The notes beneath the pieces were generated by a model. The model had not been told where the DNA came from, did not search any database, and saw nothing but the letters and a program-made list of their open reading frames with translations. DNA of 64,000 nt from an uncultured delta proteobacterium. Its GTDB lineage: Bacteria; Desulfobacterota; RBG-13-43-22. A program made the position numbers and the translations under genes. Location: assembly GCA_963843145.1 (NCBI GenBank), contig CAWJJC010000028.1:1-64000 (forward strand), in the 5' to 3' direction. Shown piece after piece: positions 44,731 through 54,549 of the stretch. The stretch's first letter is position 1. Every line of letters starts with the position of its first letter.

Positions 44731-44960
44731 TCCTCACGGCTTAATGAGCTGGCCTGTAACTTGCTGATGGCGGAAGGCAAGGAGGAATCTTCCTCCTCGT
44801 AAATGGAATTTAATTTGACTGTTATCTGGCGATCCTGGCGTCTGCTCAGGTATTCGTTAACGGCGGCCGTATAAAGCTGGCTCCGTGACATACCCAAGCG
44901 TTTGGCCAGGGACTCCGCTGATCGAAAAACTTCTTCCGGGATGGAAATCGCTGTTTTCAT
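44724..44960 (-). CDS. RHH antitoxin (ChpI/MazE-like)
   Basis: MKTAISIPEEVF..AE.LAKRLGMSRSQLY; overlaps the toxin start. Confidence 0.9.
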   Translation of the reverse strand: MKTAISIPEEVFRSAESLAKRLGMSRSQLYTAAVNEYLSRRQDRQITVKLNSIYEEEDSSLPSAISKLQASSLSREEW

Positions 44961-44966
44961 AAAATG

Positions 44967-44995
44967 AGTATAACCGTAGTTATACCTTTTGTCAA
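44967..44995 (-). promoter_or_regulatory. Sigma70 promoter with palindromic operator
   Basis: TTGACA-N17-TATACT; palindrome GTATAAC-N4-GTTATAC (44968-44985); ATG follows 6 nt after the -10. Confidence 0.8.
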
Positions 44996-45122
44996 GCTTG
45001 CAAAAGCACGATTTCCGCTGATGTCACAGCATAGATAAGGATTTTCTTGACCGGTCTAAGGCCTCTCATTTAGGATAGTCGTATGTCAGACGTATCCTAA
45101 ACACAATAAAGAATGGGGGTTC

Positions 45123-45261
45123 CGCAAAAAGTCGAAAAGCCAGTCATTGCGACCCTGGACGTGATCCGGGGGAAGCAATCCCCACCTTGACAAGTAGCTG
45201 ATTATTGGGGATTGCTTCGTCGCTTCACTCCTCGCAATGACAGCCTCTGGGACTTTTTGCG
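45123..45261. repeat. REP/MITE-like palindromic element, copy 1
   Basis: Outer IR cgcaaaaagtc/gactttttgcg; inner gtcattgcga..gaagcaatcccc / ggggattgcttcg..tcgcaatgac. Confidence 0.85.
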
Positions 45262-45287
45262 AGTTCATCAAGGATGAGAGGATAAAA

Positions 45288-45539
45288 GTGGCCAAAGGAA
45301 AAATATGCCTTACGATGGATCGGGATTTGATCGAATTCGCGAAGGATTATGCGGAGGAGCAGCGAACCACTGTTTCGGAGATCGTAACTCAATTTGTCCT
45401 TCATTTAAAACGCAAAGGCGAAACGGACCCAACGGATATCATTATCAGGGATCCCCAATTTTGTGAGAGCCTGATGGAAACCATGTCTCGGATCAGGTCC
45501 GGAAAAATGAAGTGGCATCATTACGACGAGATTTTTTAA
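45288..45539 (+). CDS. Small RHH-type antitoxin-like protein without adjacent toxin
   Basis: [29 protein letters not shown]; C-terminal [12 protein letters not shown]. Confidence 0.6.
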   Translation: MAKGKICLTMDRDLIEFAKDYAEEQRTTVSEIVTQFVLHLKRKGETDPTDIIIRDPQFCESLMETMSRIRSGKMKWHHYDEIF

Positions 45540-45543
45540 ATTT

Positions 45544-47547
45544 ATGTACTCAAAAAACGCCTTCCATCTGGTCTCCGATTTCACCCCCCAGGGCGATCAG
45601 CCCCAGGCCATCGAACAACTGGCCACCGGGGTGGAGCAGGGAATAAAACACCAGGTCCTGCTGGGGGTCACCGGGTCGGGAAAGACGTTCACCATGGCGC
45701 AGGTGGTGGCCAAGGTCCAGAAACCTACTTTGATCCTGGCCCCCAACAAGACCCTGGCCGCCCAGCTCTTCGGAGAGTTCAAGTCGTTTTTCCCCGAGAA
45801 TGCCGTAGAGTATTTCGTCAGCTATTACGATTACTACCAACCGGAGGCCTATTTGCCTTCGAGCGACACCTACATTGAAAAAGATTCCTCCATTAACGAG
45901 GAAATCGACAAGATGCGCCACTCGGCCACCCGCTCCCTGCTCACTCGCAGCGACGTGCTGATCGTGGCCAGCGTGTCCTGCATCTACGGACTGGGGTCAC
46001 CGGATGCCTACCAGGACCTGTTGCTGGCTTTGGAAACCGGGCAGGAGATCCCCCGGGATGCCGTTTTGGGCCAATTGGTCTCCATGCTCTACGAACGCAA
46101 CGATATCGACTTTCACCGGGGCACCTTTCGGGTCCGGGGAGACGTGGTGGAGGTCTTTCCTGCTTATGAGGAGGAACGGGCCCTTCGGATTTCTTTTTTT
46201 GGTGATTCCATCGAAAGCCTGTCGATCATTGACCCCCTTCGAGGAAAAACCCAGGAACGCCTGCCGCAGGTCCAGATCTTTCCCAATAGCCATTACGTCA
46301 CCAGCCCGGAGCGCAGGGAGCAGGCTTACCTGGCCATCGAGGCGGAACTTACCGAACGCCTCATCTACTTCCATGAGCACCAGAAATTAATCGAGGCCCA
46401 GCGGATTGGGGAACGGACCCGCTTTGACCTGGAGATGATGAAAGAGTTAGGCTACTGCCACGGTATTGAAAATTATTCCCGTCACCTGACCGGCCGGTTG
46501 GCCGGTCAGCCGCCGCCGACGCTGTTGGAATATTTCCCTCAGGATTTTCTGCTGTTTATTGATGAGAGTCATTTGGCGGTTCCTCAGCTTCAGGGCATGT
46601 ACCGGGGCGACCGTTCCCGCAAACAGACCCTGGTGGAGTACGGGTTTCGGCTGCCCTCGGCCCTGGACAACCGGCCCCTGAATTTTCAGGAATATGAGCA
46701 AATGGTCCGCCAGGTCATTTATGTCTCCGCCACGCCGGCGGAGTACGAAATGCGGCAATCGGGCGGACTGGTGGCGGAGCAGATCATCCGGCCTACCGGT
46801 TTGATGGATCCTCGGATCAGCGTCTTGCCGGCCACGGATCAGGTGGATCACCTGCTGCAGGCTATCAAGAAAAGGGTCGGCCAACAAGAACGGGTGCTGG
46901 TCACCACCCTGACCAAACGTCTGGCCGAAAGCTTGACCGATTATTACCAGGAAAAAGGGATCAAGGTCCGTTACCTGCACTCGGATATCAACACCCTGGA
47001 GCGCATCGAGATATTGCGGGATCTGCGCTTGGGGGAATTCGATGTCTTGGTCGGGATCAATCTGCTCCGGGAAGGGCTGGATTTGCCTGAAGTCAGCCTG
47101 GTGGCCATTTTGGATGCGGACAAGGAAGGCTTTCTGCGTTCGGCCCGGTCTCTGATTCAGACCTGCGGACGGGCGGCCCGGAATCTTTCGGGGGAGGTCT
47201 ATTTTTACGCCGATCAGGTCACCCGGTCCATGCAGGCGGCCATCGAGGAAACCGAAAAGCGGCGGAAACTGCAAAAGGCCTATAACCGGAAGCACCGGAT
47301 AACTCCCACGAGCATCAAGAAGTCCATTCAGGATATCATGGCCTCGGTCTACGAGGCCGACTATTACACCGTACCGGCGGCCAAAGAAGCGCAGGCGGAC
47401 TACGACGATCCGGCCAAGATACCGGCGCTGCTCAAAAAGCTGCAGAAAGAGATGAAGGCTGCGGCCAAGCGTCTGGATTTTGAAGAGGCCGCCGAACTAC
47501 GAGATAAAATTAAGGGGCTGCAGGAGAGGGAGCTTTTATGGAAATAG
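45544..47547 (+). CDS. uvrB: Excinuclease ABC subunit B
   Basis: [49 protein letters not shown] domain. Confidence 0.99.
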   Translation: MYSKNAFHLVSDFTPQGDQPQAIEQLATGVEQGIKHQVLLGVTGSGKTFTMAQVVAKVQKPTLILAPNKTLAAQLFGEFKSFFPENAVEYFVSYYDYYQPEAYLPSSDTYIEKDSSINEEIDKMRHSATRSLLTRSDVLIVASVSCIYGLGSPDAYQDLLLALETGQEIPRDAVLGQLVSMLYERNDIDFHRGTFRVRGDVVEVFPAYEEERALRISFFGDSIESLSIIDPLRGKTQERLPQVQIFPNSHYVTSPERREQAYLAIEAELTERLIYFHEHQKLIEAQRIGERTRFDLEMMKELGYCHGIENYSRHLTGRLAGQPPPTLLEYFPQDFLLFIDESHLAVPQLQGMYRGDRSRKQTLVEYGFRLPSALDNRPLNFQEYEQMVRQVIYVSATPAEYEMRQSGGLVAEQIIRPTGLMDPRISVLPATDQVDHLLQAIKKRVGQQERVLVTTLTKRLAESLTDYYQEKGIKVRYLHSDINTLERIEILRDLRLGEFDVLVGINLLREGLDLPEVSLVAILDADKEGFLRSARSLIQTCGRAARNLSGEVYFYADQVTRSMQAAIEETEKRRKLQKAYNRKHRITPTSIKKSIQDIMASVYEADYYTVPAAKEAQADYDDPAKIPALLKKLQKEMKAAAKRLDFEEAAELRDKIKGLQERELLWK

Positions 47548-47567
47548 TCCAAGTCTTTTCCGGATTA

Positions 47568-47675
47568 AATTCGAAATTCGAAGCACGAAATTCGAAACAA
47601 ATCCGAATGTTCAAAATTCAAATGACAAAAATAACTCCTCCTCCCTTGACGGGAGGGGGTTGGAGGATGGGTGGA
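47568..47675. repeat. Short intergenic heptamer-like repeats plus GC hairpin
   Basis: aaattcgaaattcgaagcacgaaattcgaaac; ctcccttgacgggag. Confidence 0.5.
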
Positions 47676-47704
47676 CAGATAACGTTTCGGATTTCGGAGG
47701 CCAA

Positions 47705-49252
47705 ATGATCACTCCATCTACCCTCTGGGCCTTTCTGATAGGGGCCATCCTGGGGATCGTCATTGTGGGTCTGCTGCTCAAGATCCGCCTGACCCAGAAG
47801 GCCGCTGAAGCCATCCAAACCTGCAAATCCGAACTGGCGGTGTTGGAAGAACGGATTCGGGCCAAGGAACTTTCCTATGACCATTTGCTGACCAAGAATC
47901 AGGAAATTGAAAAAGAGATGGAACACCTCCGGGATTCTCTGATTCAAGAAGGGCAGGAGAAGGTGGCGGCCCGCAAGGAACTGGAACAGTTGCCGGAAGT
48001 GAAGAATATCCTTCAGGGCCGGGAAGTCGAGAACCTCGAGTTGCGGGAGGAGATCAGCCGCCTGAAACAGGTGCAGGCCGAACTGGAAACCACGTTGCAT
48101 CAGGAGCGGCTGGCCGTCGAAGAAAAGCTGTCTCTCCTGGAAGAAGCCTCGCATAAAATGAGCGATGCCTTCAAGGCGCTGTCCTCTGAAGCCTTGCGCA
48201 GCAACAATCAACAATTTCTGGATTTGGCCCGGGCCACCCTGGAAAAATTTCAAACCGAGGCCCAGGGGGATCTGGCTCAGCGGCAGAAGGCCGTGGAGAC
48301 CCTGGTCGCTCCCCTGAAGGATACGTTGGATCGATATGCCCAGCAGGTGCAGTCCATGGAGCAGGCCCGGCAGCAGGCCTACGGAAGCTTGAGCCAGCAT
48401 CTTAAGCAGATGGCCGTTACCGAAGAAAAATTGCAGCAGGAGACGGGCAACCTGGTCAAGGCCCTGCGGTCCCCGCAGGTTCGGGGCCGCTGGGGGGAGA
48501 TCACTTTGAAGCGGGTGGCCGAGCTGGCTGGTATGATGGAGCACTGCGATTTCATCGAACAGGAAACTGTGTCCGGCCCGGATGGGAGGCTGCGGCCGGA
48601 TATGGTCATTAAAATGCCCAGCCGCAAATCGGTGGTAGTCGACTCCAAGGCCCCCTTGCAGGCCTATCTCGAATCGCTGGAAGCGCCCACCGAGGAAGAC
48701 CGCCGGGCGAGGCTGCAGGAGCATGCCCGTCAGATTCAGACCCATTTGCAGAAACTATCCGCCAAGGCTTATTGGGACCAGTTTAGCGAGGCCCCGGAAT
48801 TCGTGGTCCTGTTTCTGCCGGGGGAAAATTTTTTCAGCGCCGCCCTGGAGCAGAATCCCCGGCTGATCGAAGAAGGGGTGAACCAGCGGGTCATCCTGGC
48901 TACCCCCACGACCTTGATTGCCCTGCTGCGGGCCATTGCCTATGGCTGGCGCCAGGAGCAACTGGCGGAAAACGCCCAGGCCATCAGCGACCTGGGAAAA
49001 CTGCTCTATGACCGCCTGGCCAAGGTAGCCCGGCATTTCAGCGAGGTGGGCCGGTCCTTGGATAAATGCGTTCACTCCTACAATGAGGCCGTGGGTTCCC
49101 TGGAGACCCGGGTGCTGACCGCGGCCCGTCGGTTCAGGGAGCTAGGGGTCAGCTCCAAGGAGGACCTGCCGGCACTGCAGCCTTCGGAGAAAATCACGCG
49201 GGCTCTGCAGGCGCCGGAATTGAATGGGGACCAGCAATCACCCGATATTTGA
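47705..49252 (+). CDS. rmuC: DNA recombination protein RmuC
   Basis: N-terminal TM, coiled coil, RGRWGEITL, RPDMVI, VVDSKAP, PEFVVLFLPGE, ATPTTLIALL. Confidence 0.96.
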   Translation: MITPSTLWAFLIGAILGIVIVGLLLKIRLTQKAAEAIQTCKSELAVLEERIRAKELSYDHLLTKNQEIEKEMEHLRDSLIQEGQEKVAARKELEQLPEVKNILQGREVENLELREEISRLKQVQAELETTLHQERLAVEEKLSLLEEASHKMSDAFKALSSEALRSNNQQFLDLARATLEKFQTEAQGDLAQRQKAVETLVAPLKDTLDRYAQQVQSMEQARQQAYGSLSQHLKQMAVTEEKLQQETGNLVKALRSPQVRGRWGEITLKRVAELAGMMEHCDFIEQETVSGPDGRLRPDMVIKMPSRKSVVVDSKAPLQAYLESLEAPTEEDRRARLQEHARQIQTHLQKLSAKAYWDQFSEAPEFVVLFLPGENFFSAALEQNPRLIEEGVNQRVILATPTTLIALLRAIAYGWRQEQLAENAQAISDLGKLLYDRLAKVARHFSEVGRSLDKCVHSYNEAVGSLETRVLTAARRFRELGVSSKEDLPALQPSEKITRALQAPELNGDQQSPDI

Positions 49253-49292
49253 ACCCGGCTGGATCCTGTGACCAAGGCTATGAAGCTAACCA

Positions 49293-49381
49293 GGGGATTG
49301 CTTCGCTTCGCTCGCAATGACGGGTAGTGATGAAAACCCTCGGGCTGTCATTGCGAGGAGCGAAGCGACGAAGCAATCCCC
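49293..49381. repeat. REP-like palindromic element, copy 2 (arms in reverse order)
   Basis: ggggattgcttcgcttcgctcgcaatgac ... gtcattgcgaggagcgaagcgacgaagcaatcccc. Confidence 0.85.
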
Positions 49382-49444
49382 CCCCCATTGACGTTGGCTA
49401 CTGAAGTTTATGGAGTGAAACGGAACACTGGATGAGGAGTTCTT

Positions 49445-50101
49445 ATGAACCGGAAACCAATAAAAGGAATGCTATTCATTGTGGGAATTTTTATGGTTGG
49501 GGCCGCCACTCCAATGACGGCCTTGGCTCAAAAACCGCCGACTTCTGAAAACCTGGATGCCAAGGTGGAAAAATTCCTTAAGGGAAACCGGGCGAATTGG
49601 CAGGATTGGAATGTGCCCTACCAGGACGGACAGGCGTTGTACAATCTGATCATCAAAAACAACTATACCAGGGCTTTGGAAATCGGGACCTCTACGGGCC
49701 ATTCCGCCATCTGGATGGCTTGGGCCTTGAGCAAGACCGGAGGCCGTTTAATCACCATTGAAATCGACGAAGGACGTTATAAAACCGCCTTAGAAAACTT
49801 CAAGCAGGCCGGAGTGGAAAGGTTTATTGATGCCCGGCTGGCCGACGCCCATCAACTGGTGAGGCATTTGGAAGGGCCTTTTGATTTCATTTTTTCCGAT
49901 GCCGACAAAGAATGGTACCTCCAGTATTTTAAGGACCTGGATGGGAAGTTGCTAAAAGGCGGCTGCTTCACGGCCCACAACGTCAACCACCCTTTCGGGG
50001 GCATCAAAGAATTTTTGGACTACATCCAAGGCCTGCCCAACTACTTGACCACTATTCAGAGGTCGGCCGGTGCCGGTATTTCCATCAGCTATAAAAAGTG
50101 A
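49445..50101 (+). CDS. O-methyltransferase family protein with N-terminal signal-like segment
   Basis: ALEIGTSTGHS, ITIEID, FDFIFSDADK, AHN. Confidence 0.9.
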   Translation: MNRKPIKGMLFIVGIFMVGAATPMTALAQKPPTSENLDAKVEKFLKGNRANWQDWNVPYQDGQALYNLIIKNNYTRALEIGTSTGHSAIWMAWALSKTGGRLITIEIDEGRYKTALENFKQAGVERFIDARLADAHQLVRHLEGPFDFIFSDADKEWYLQYFKDLDGKLLKGGCFTAHNVNHPFGGIKEFLDYIQGLPNYLTTIQRSAGAGISISYKK

Positions 50102-50254
50102 AATGGAAAATCGGGAATTTTGAACTGGACCATTCCTAATAAAGTCTAGAAAAGCAACGAACTCAACCTCTCCAGCGGATCCCTCCATCCGTCCCCTGTT
50201 GCCAGGGGCCGGAAGTTCCCTTGTTGGTTGTCCTACCCTAAACAGTGCGGGAGA

Positions 50255-52244
50255 TTATCTAATTATTAAGGGAAAATAAACCGGATAAAGCCGTTCCACC
50301 ACGTGCAGCGTCAAGGGGATTTGGGTTGGAGAGCCTCCGGTGTCGGGTGGGTCGGTCACGGTCAGCGTCAATGACCCGGCATAAGAGGCGGGGGACAACT
50401 GGGCGTAATTTAGCGGGGTGATGGTCAAGGTGGAGGGCGTGTTCCCGTTTATTGGAGAGACAGATACCCAGGTTCCTCCTGGTTCTGCCGTCCAGTGGAG
50501 GCTTTGGCCGGTTCCGATGTTTTTGGGCGTCACCTGAACCTGGGCCGGGCTGAGGCGTTGCTGCTGGAGGTCATAGAAAAACGTTACCTGTTTAGGGATA
50601 TTTCCCAAGATGTTGGCCGCCTGTCCGGTCCGGAGATAGGAACCCCTTCCGGTTCCCCACAAGACGCGGGCGTTGGAAGTACCGGGCAGGGTGTAGGCGA
50701 CCAGACCGGTATGGGCCGTGCCGATCACCACCTCCAGGTCCCCGTCCCCATCGATATCGGCCAGGGTGGGGGCCCCCAGGGCGCCGTCCCAATCCTGGCT
50801 GCTGCGGGGTAGATCCACGGCGTGCAGCAATTGGCCCAAGTGGTTCAAGATAATCAACTGGCCGCCCGCGTTGCTGCCCTTCTGGGTCCAGGTGGTGAAA
50901 AGCACCTCGGCTTTTCCGTCGCCGTCCAGGTCCGCCACGACCGGCTCCGAGGCGAAGCGGATAAAGCCTTCCGCCGGGTTGGTTACCTGAAAGGGCCAGT
51001 AGCCGTGCTCGGTGCGGTCCAGCCAGTAAGCATGGACCCGCCCGTCATAGGAGGCGTAAAGGATTTCCTTGAAACCATCTCCATCCAGGTCAACGACCAC
51101 CGGGTTGGGCTGGGCGGTTTCGATGACATTATAATCCTCGGACAGGGGTCCCGCCTGTCCCGTCGGGAATGGGTAGGCTCTCCCAGTTGAAAACGCTTCC
51201 GGACCAGCGGGTTCGGTCCTTATTCAGGATATAAGGCAGTTGATACAGGGAGCGGTAGGGATCGGCGCGGCAGTCATATTGGTTGCCGACAATGATAATC
51301 TCCGGGGTTCCGTCTCCATCCACGTCCGCGAAAGAGGGGGCGCTGTCCGCGAAGTTAGGCCGGGGTTCCAACGGTTCCTCTCCGGCCGTGCAGTTGGCGT
51401 AACCCCGAAGATCGACCGCCTGGCTCAGATGAAAGCCGACCCTGGCCCAGGGTTTATTCTGCCCGCCCACCTGGCCGTAAATCGACGCGGCCCGAAGCGG
51501 GGTCCCGTCCTGGCGATACCCGGCCACGTAATGGGTATCATTGGGACCGATCATTTCCAGTTGGCCGTCCCCATCCAGGTCGGCCAGCCCCACGTTTTCA
51601 TTGAAGCACCCGGCGGCATAGCCGTTGATATCGGAATCCGGCGAAAGTACCGGCCAGCCGGGACGCACCGAGCCATCGGCATTGAGAAGGAACCACTGGT
51701 TGTCCGGCCGGGTGGAGGCGGTCAGGATCTCCAGCGTCCCGTTGCCGTCCACATCGCCCACGGCCAGGCTGCGCAGTTCATTCCCGGGGGTAGGCTGCTG
51801 AGGCCAGCCGGGGCGAGGAGAGCCGTTGGCCTGATAGACCGACAGGTAGCCGCCGCTGTGGGCGGTGACGATTTCCGGGGACTGGTTGCCGTCCAGATCG
51901 GCCACCACCACCCCGGGCCAGCCCCGGCCTCCGCCGGGATTATCCACCACCCAGTGGTTGCTCCCGTCTTCCCCCTTGACCACCACGATCCGGTAGTCGG
52001 TCCAGATGACTTCCATTTTGCCGTCCTTATCCAGGTCGGCCACGGCCGGCGAGGAGTACCACCCGGTCCGGCACCAGGTGGACCGGCAGCCGCCCTTTTG
52101 CCACTTGAGGACCGGAGCGGAGAAAGCGGTGAGTTTTTCAGGTTGAGCCAGGAATAAAATTACGGTTAGACTGAAAACCAGCCCCACCTTGAACATATTC
52201 CGGGAATTTTTATTGAACCTATCCAATATGGAATCAATCGGCAT
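50255..52244 (-). CDS. Secreted FG-GAP repeat protein with BACON-like domain (frameshift near 51140)
   Basis: Repeated ADLDGDGxxE motifs; W+SVSP.NG.TP..LT domain. Ends LYPVYFPLIIR*. Confidence 0.85.
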
Positions 52245-52301
52245 ATCGCCTTAAACCTCCAGGCACGGGTCGGGTTCCCCCGAGGCGTGAAAATGGCAGT
52301 T

Positions 52302-52410
52302 ACCCCGGTCATTGCGAGGAGCAAAGTGACGAAGTAATCCCCCAGTCAGCGCATCATCTTCCCAAACCATAACAAGGGGATTGCTTCGCTTTGCTCGCAA
52401 TGACCGGGGT
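52302..52410. repeat. REP-like palindromic element, copy 3
   Basis: accccggtcattgcgagg ... ctcgcaatgaccggggt. Confidence 0.85.
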
Positions 52411-52800
52411 GTTCGAATTATTTTCATACTAGGTTGACTCGGAAAATGTCCTTGTAACCCCCTCCAATCCGCTCGATCAATTGTACGGTTTACTGTTCAT
52501 CGAGAGCATAAATTGTATGGAAATCAACCCGGTCAAGGATGCAGAGCCATTCCCCGGGAATATTAAAGCAAACAATCCAAGATCCCGATAATCAATAAGA
52601 AAAGGTTTTCAGATTTCAAGAAAAGGGTTCCGATCCCTGGAGTTTTTCTCCATGGTCTTGTTCTGCTATTTGCAAATATCGTGCAACAACTGGAACCGAT
52701 CTTTTACAACTTTAGTTGTTCCAAATCTGGAGTCGGAAACCTATGAAACCATGCCGAACCTTTTCTATTCCGTTCCCGGCGCGGCGGCTGCAGGCATCTC

Positions 52801-52845
52801 TTGACATAACTTCATTATGCATTATAATTATGTATAGAATTATGC
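52801..52845 (+). promoter_or_regulatory. Sigma70 promoter of vapBC
   Basis: TTGACA-N16-TATAAT with three ATTATG repeats overlapping it. Confidence 0.75.
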
Positions 52846-52866
52846 GCATCAAGGGAGGAAACAACC

Positions 52867-53100
52867 ATGCGGGTTACGGCGAATATTCCGGACAGGGTAG
52901 TCCAGGATCTGAAAATTCAGGCTACTAAAGAACGGAAATCGGTGTCTTCCCTGGTTTCTGAATTCATTGAGTACGGCATCAAAGACAAGAAAAAAAAGGC
53001 CGCCAAAGCGAACATAATACAGATGATAGGAAAGGTAAAAATAGACCTGGACACCCTTAAGGTGTTGGACGAAATGAGGTCCGAAGATGACCGGGCTTGA
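52867..53100 (+). CDS. vapB: VapB-like RHH antitoxin
   Basis: MRVTANIPD..LK..A....SVSSLV; overlaps the PIN gene. Confidence 0.8.
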   Translation: MRVTANIPDRVVQDLKIQATKERKSVSSLVSEFIEYGIKDKKKKAAKANIIQMIGKVKIDLDTLKVLDEMRSEDDRA

Positions 53101-53476
53101 TACCGGGTTCTTCGTCAAACTTCTAAAGGGAGACCGTCAGGCCATTAGCCTATTTGAACAGATGGACGAGGATGCCGATCTATGCGTTTCCTGTCTGACG
53201 ATTTTTGAACTGAAAAGGCTTTCCCTCAGAGGGGCGCTGAAAAAAGATGCCGTCAATAAACTCATTGAAAATATACTGTCGCTTTGCCGTATTTCCTGGC
53301 TCGACCACATAGAAATTCATGACTTTGCCGCCGGCCTTTCTCATGGACTAGGAATACCTGCTGTGGATTCGCTGATTTTGGCAGGATTCATATTGAATGG
53401 CTCGGAAACAATCTATACCACCGATTCCCACCTGGAAAAGTACGTCAAAAAGGGTGTCCAGGTCATTAAACTATAA
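53087..53476 (+). CDS. vapC: PIN-domain VapC toxin
   Basis: LDTGFF, TIFEL, DSLILA, YTTD. Confidence 0.9.
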   Translation: MTGLDTGFFVKLLKGDRQAISLFEQMDEDADLCVSCLTIFELKRLSLRGALKKDAVNKLIENILSLCRISWLDHIEIHDFAAGLSHGLGIPAVDSLILAGFILNGSETIYTTDSHLEKYVKKGVQVIKL

Positions 53477-53697
53477 TGGTTGGGGATTATCTTAAATGTT
53501 TTAGGGGGCGCGGGGGGGTACCCCTTCGTCAGCCTGACCGGATGCAAACTGGCCGACAGCGCCGGGACGGAGATTACCTCCACCTGCCAGGCCGGCCTGA
53601 TTCCATCGTGCAGGATAATAGCCCGTGGGAATTTTACCGCCCGCTTATTTTTAAAAAGTAGCAGGTCAGTGAATAAAAGAAGAACTTGCCAGAAGTC

Positions 53698-53795
53698 GTC
53701 ATTGCGACCTTGGACGTGTCCCTCGTGAAGAAATCCCTCAGCGCCAACTAAGTCATTCCTGGGGATTGCTTCGTCGCTTCGCTCCTCGCAATGAC
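53698..53795. repeat. REP-like palindromic element, copy 4
   Basis: gtcattgcgacc ... ggggattgcttcgtcgcttcgctcctcgcaatgac. Confidence 0.8.
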
Positions 53796-53866
53796 AGATT
53801 GGAGGGCTTTTGGCGAAACCAGCAATGGGGATAACCTTCCCAAAAATCCCTTGATGTCATACTTTG

Positions 53867-54277
53867 CTATTTGTTCACCAAGGGGTACTTGGCCTCGACC
53901 CATTCCCACCAGCCGCCTTTCAGGACGGAAACCTGAGTATAGCCATTGTCGATAAATTTTTGCGCTACCCGAGCGCTCGTGGCTTCGGTTGGTCAGGCGC
54001 AGTAAAAGATCAAGGTCTTGTCCTTGGGGTATTTGGCCATCCAGCTTTCCACTTTCCCCGGGTCTTCAATCACCGCTCCCGGGATCTTCTGGTTGCTTTT
54101 TTCCTGATCAAGGTCGGTGCGGACGTCAAGAATGATTACATTTTCTTTCCCCATCATCCCCTTGAGTTCCTGTTTCGTAATTCGCGGAACATCCGCGGCC
54201 CAGGAGGGAATAGCGAAAGCCAGCACGAGGAAGAACGATAAAATCCCAAATCCCGTTTCTCTTCTATTTCTGTTCAT
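53867..54277 (-). CDS. Exported rhodanese-like selenoprotein (CxU; UGA at 53993-53995 read as Sec)
   Basis: ILDVR...KIPGA...LIFYCA-UGA-PTEATSARVAQKFIDNGYTQVSVLKGGWWEW.EAKYPLVNK*: rhodanese homology continues in frame past the UGA. Confidence 0.88.
53962..53976 (-). promoter_or_regulatory. Candidate bacterial SECIS hairpin
   Basis: GCGCU-CGGGU-AGCGC stem-loop starting 16 nt after the UGA. Confidence 0.6.
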
Positions 54278-54549
54278 TTACATTTCTCCTTCCAGATAAG
54301 GATAAGGACTAAAAAGGGAGAAATCAATAGAATTTCTGGTAAAATTTTAATATGCCCCCACCGGTTTGCTGGGTGAAAACCGAAGGTCTTTAAAGAGAAA
54401 AATCAGGTTCGAATTTTTTCCCTGGGCCTAAGGCGCGGTCGGCGAGAAGAGGAAGGGATAAGGATTTTTTCTTTGACGGTCTGTCCGATTAATGTTAATT
54501 ATTTAATTATGTTAGGATTGTTTCCCAGGGAAAAGTGAAAACCGGCCTC

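Noticed and set aside
47480-47704. N-terminal extension of rmuC in the ORF track
   Set aside because: It overlaps uvrB and translates intergenic repeats; ATG 47705 has a good RBS (ggagg).
52669-52687. Sigma54-like promoter upstream of the FG-GAP gene
   Set aside because: The minus strand reads TTGCACG-N4-TTGCA and lacks the invariant GG at -24.
53476-53728. Short ORFs after vapC
   Set aside because: No recognisable motifs, and one runs into a REP-like element.
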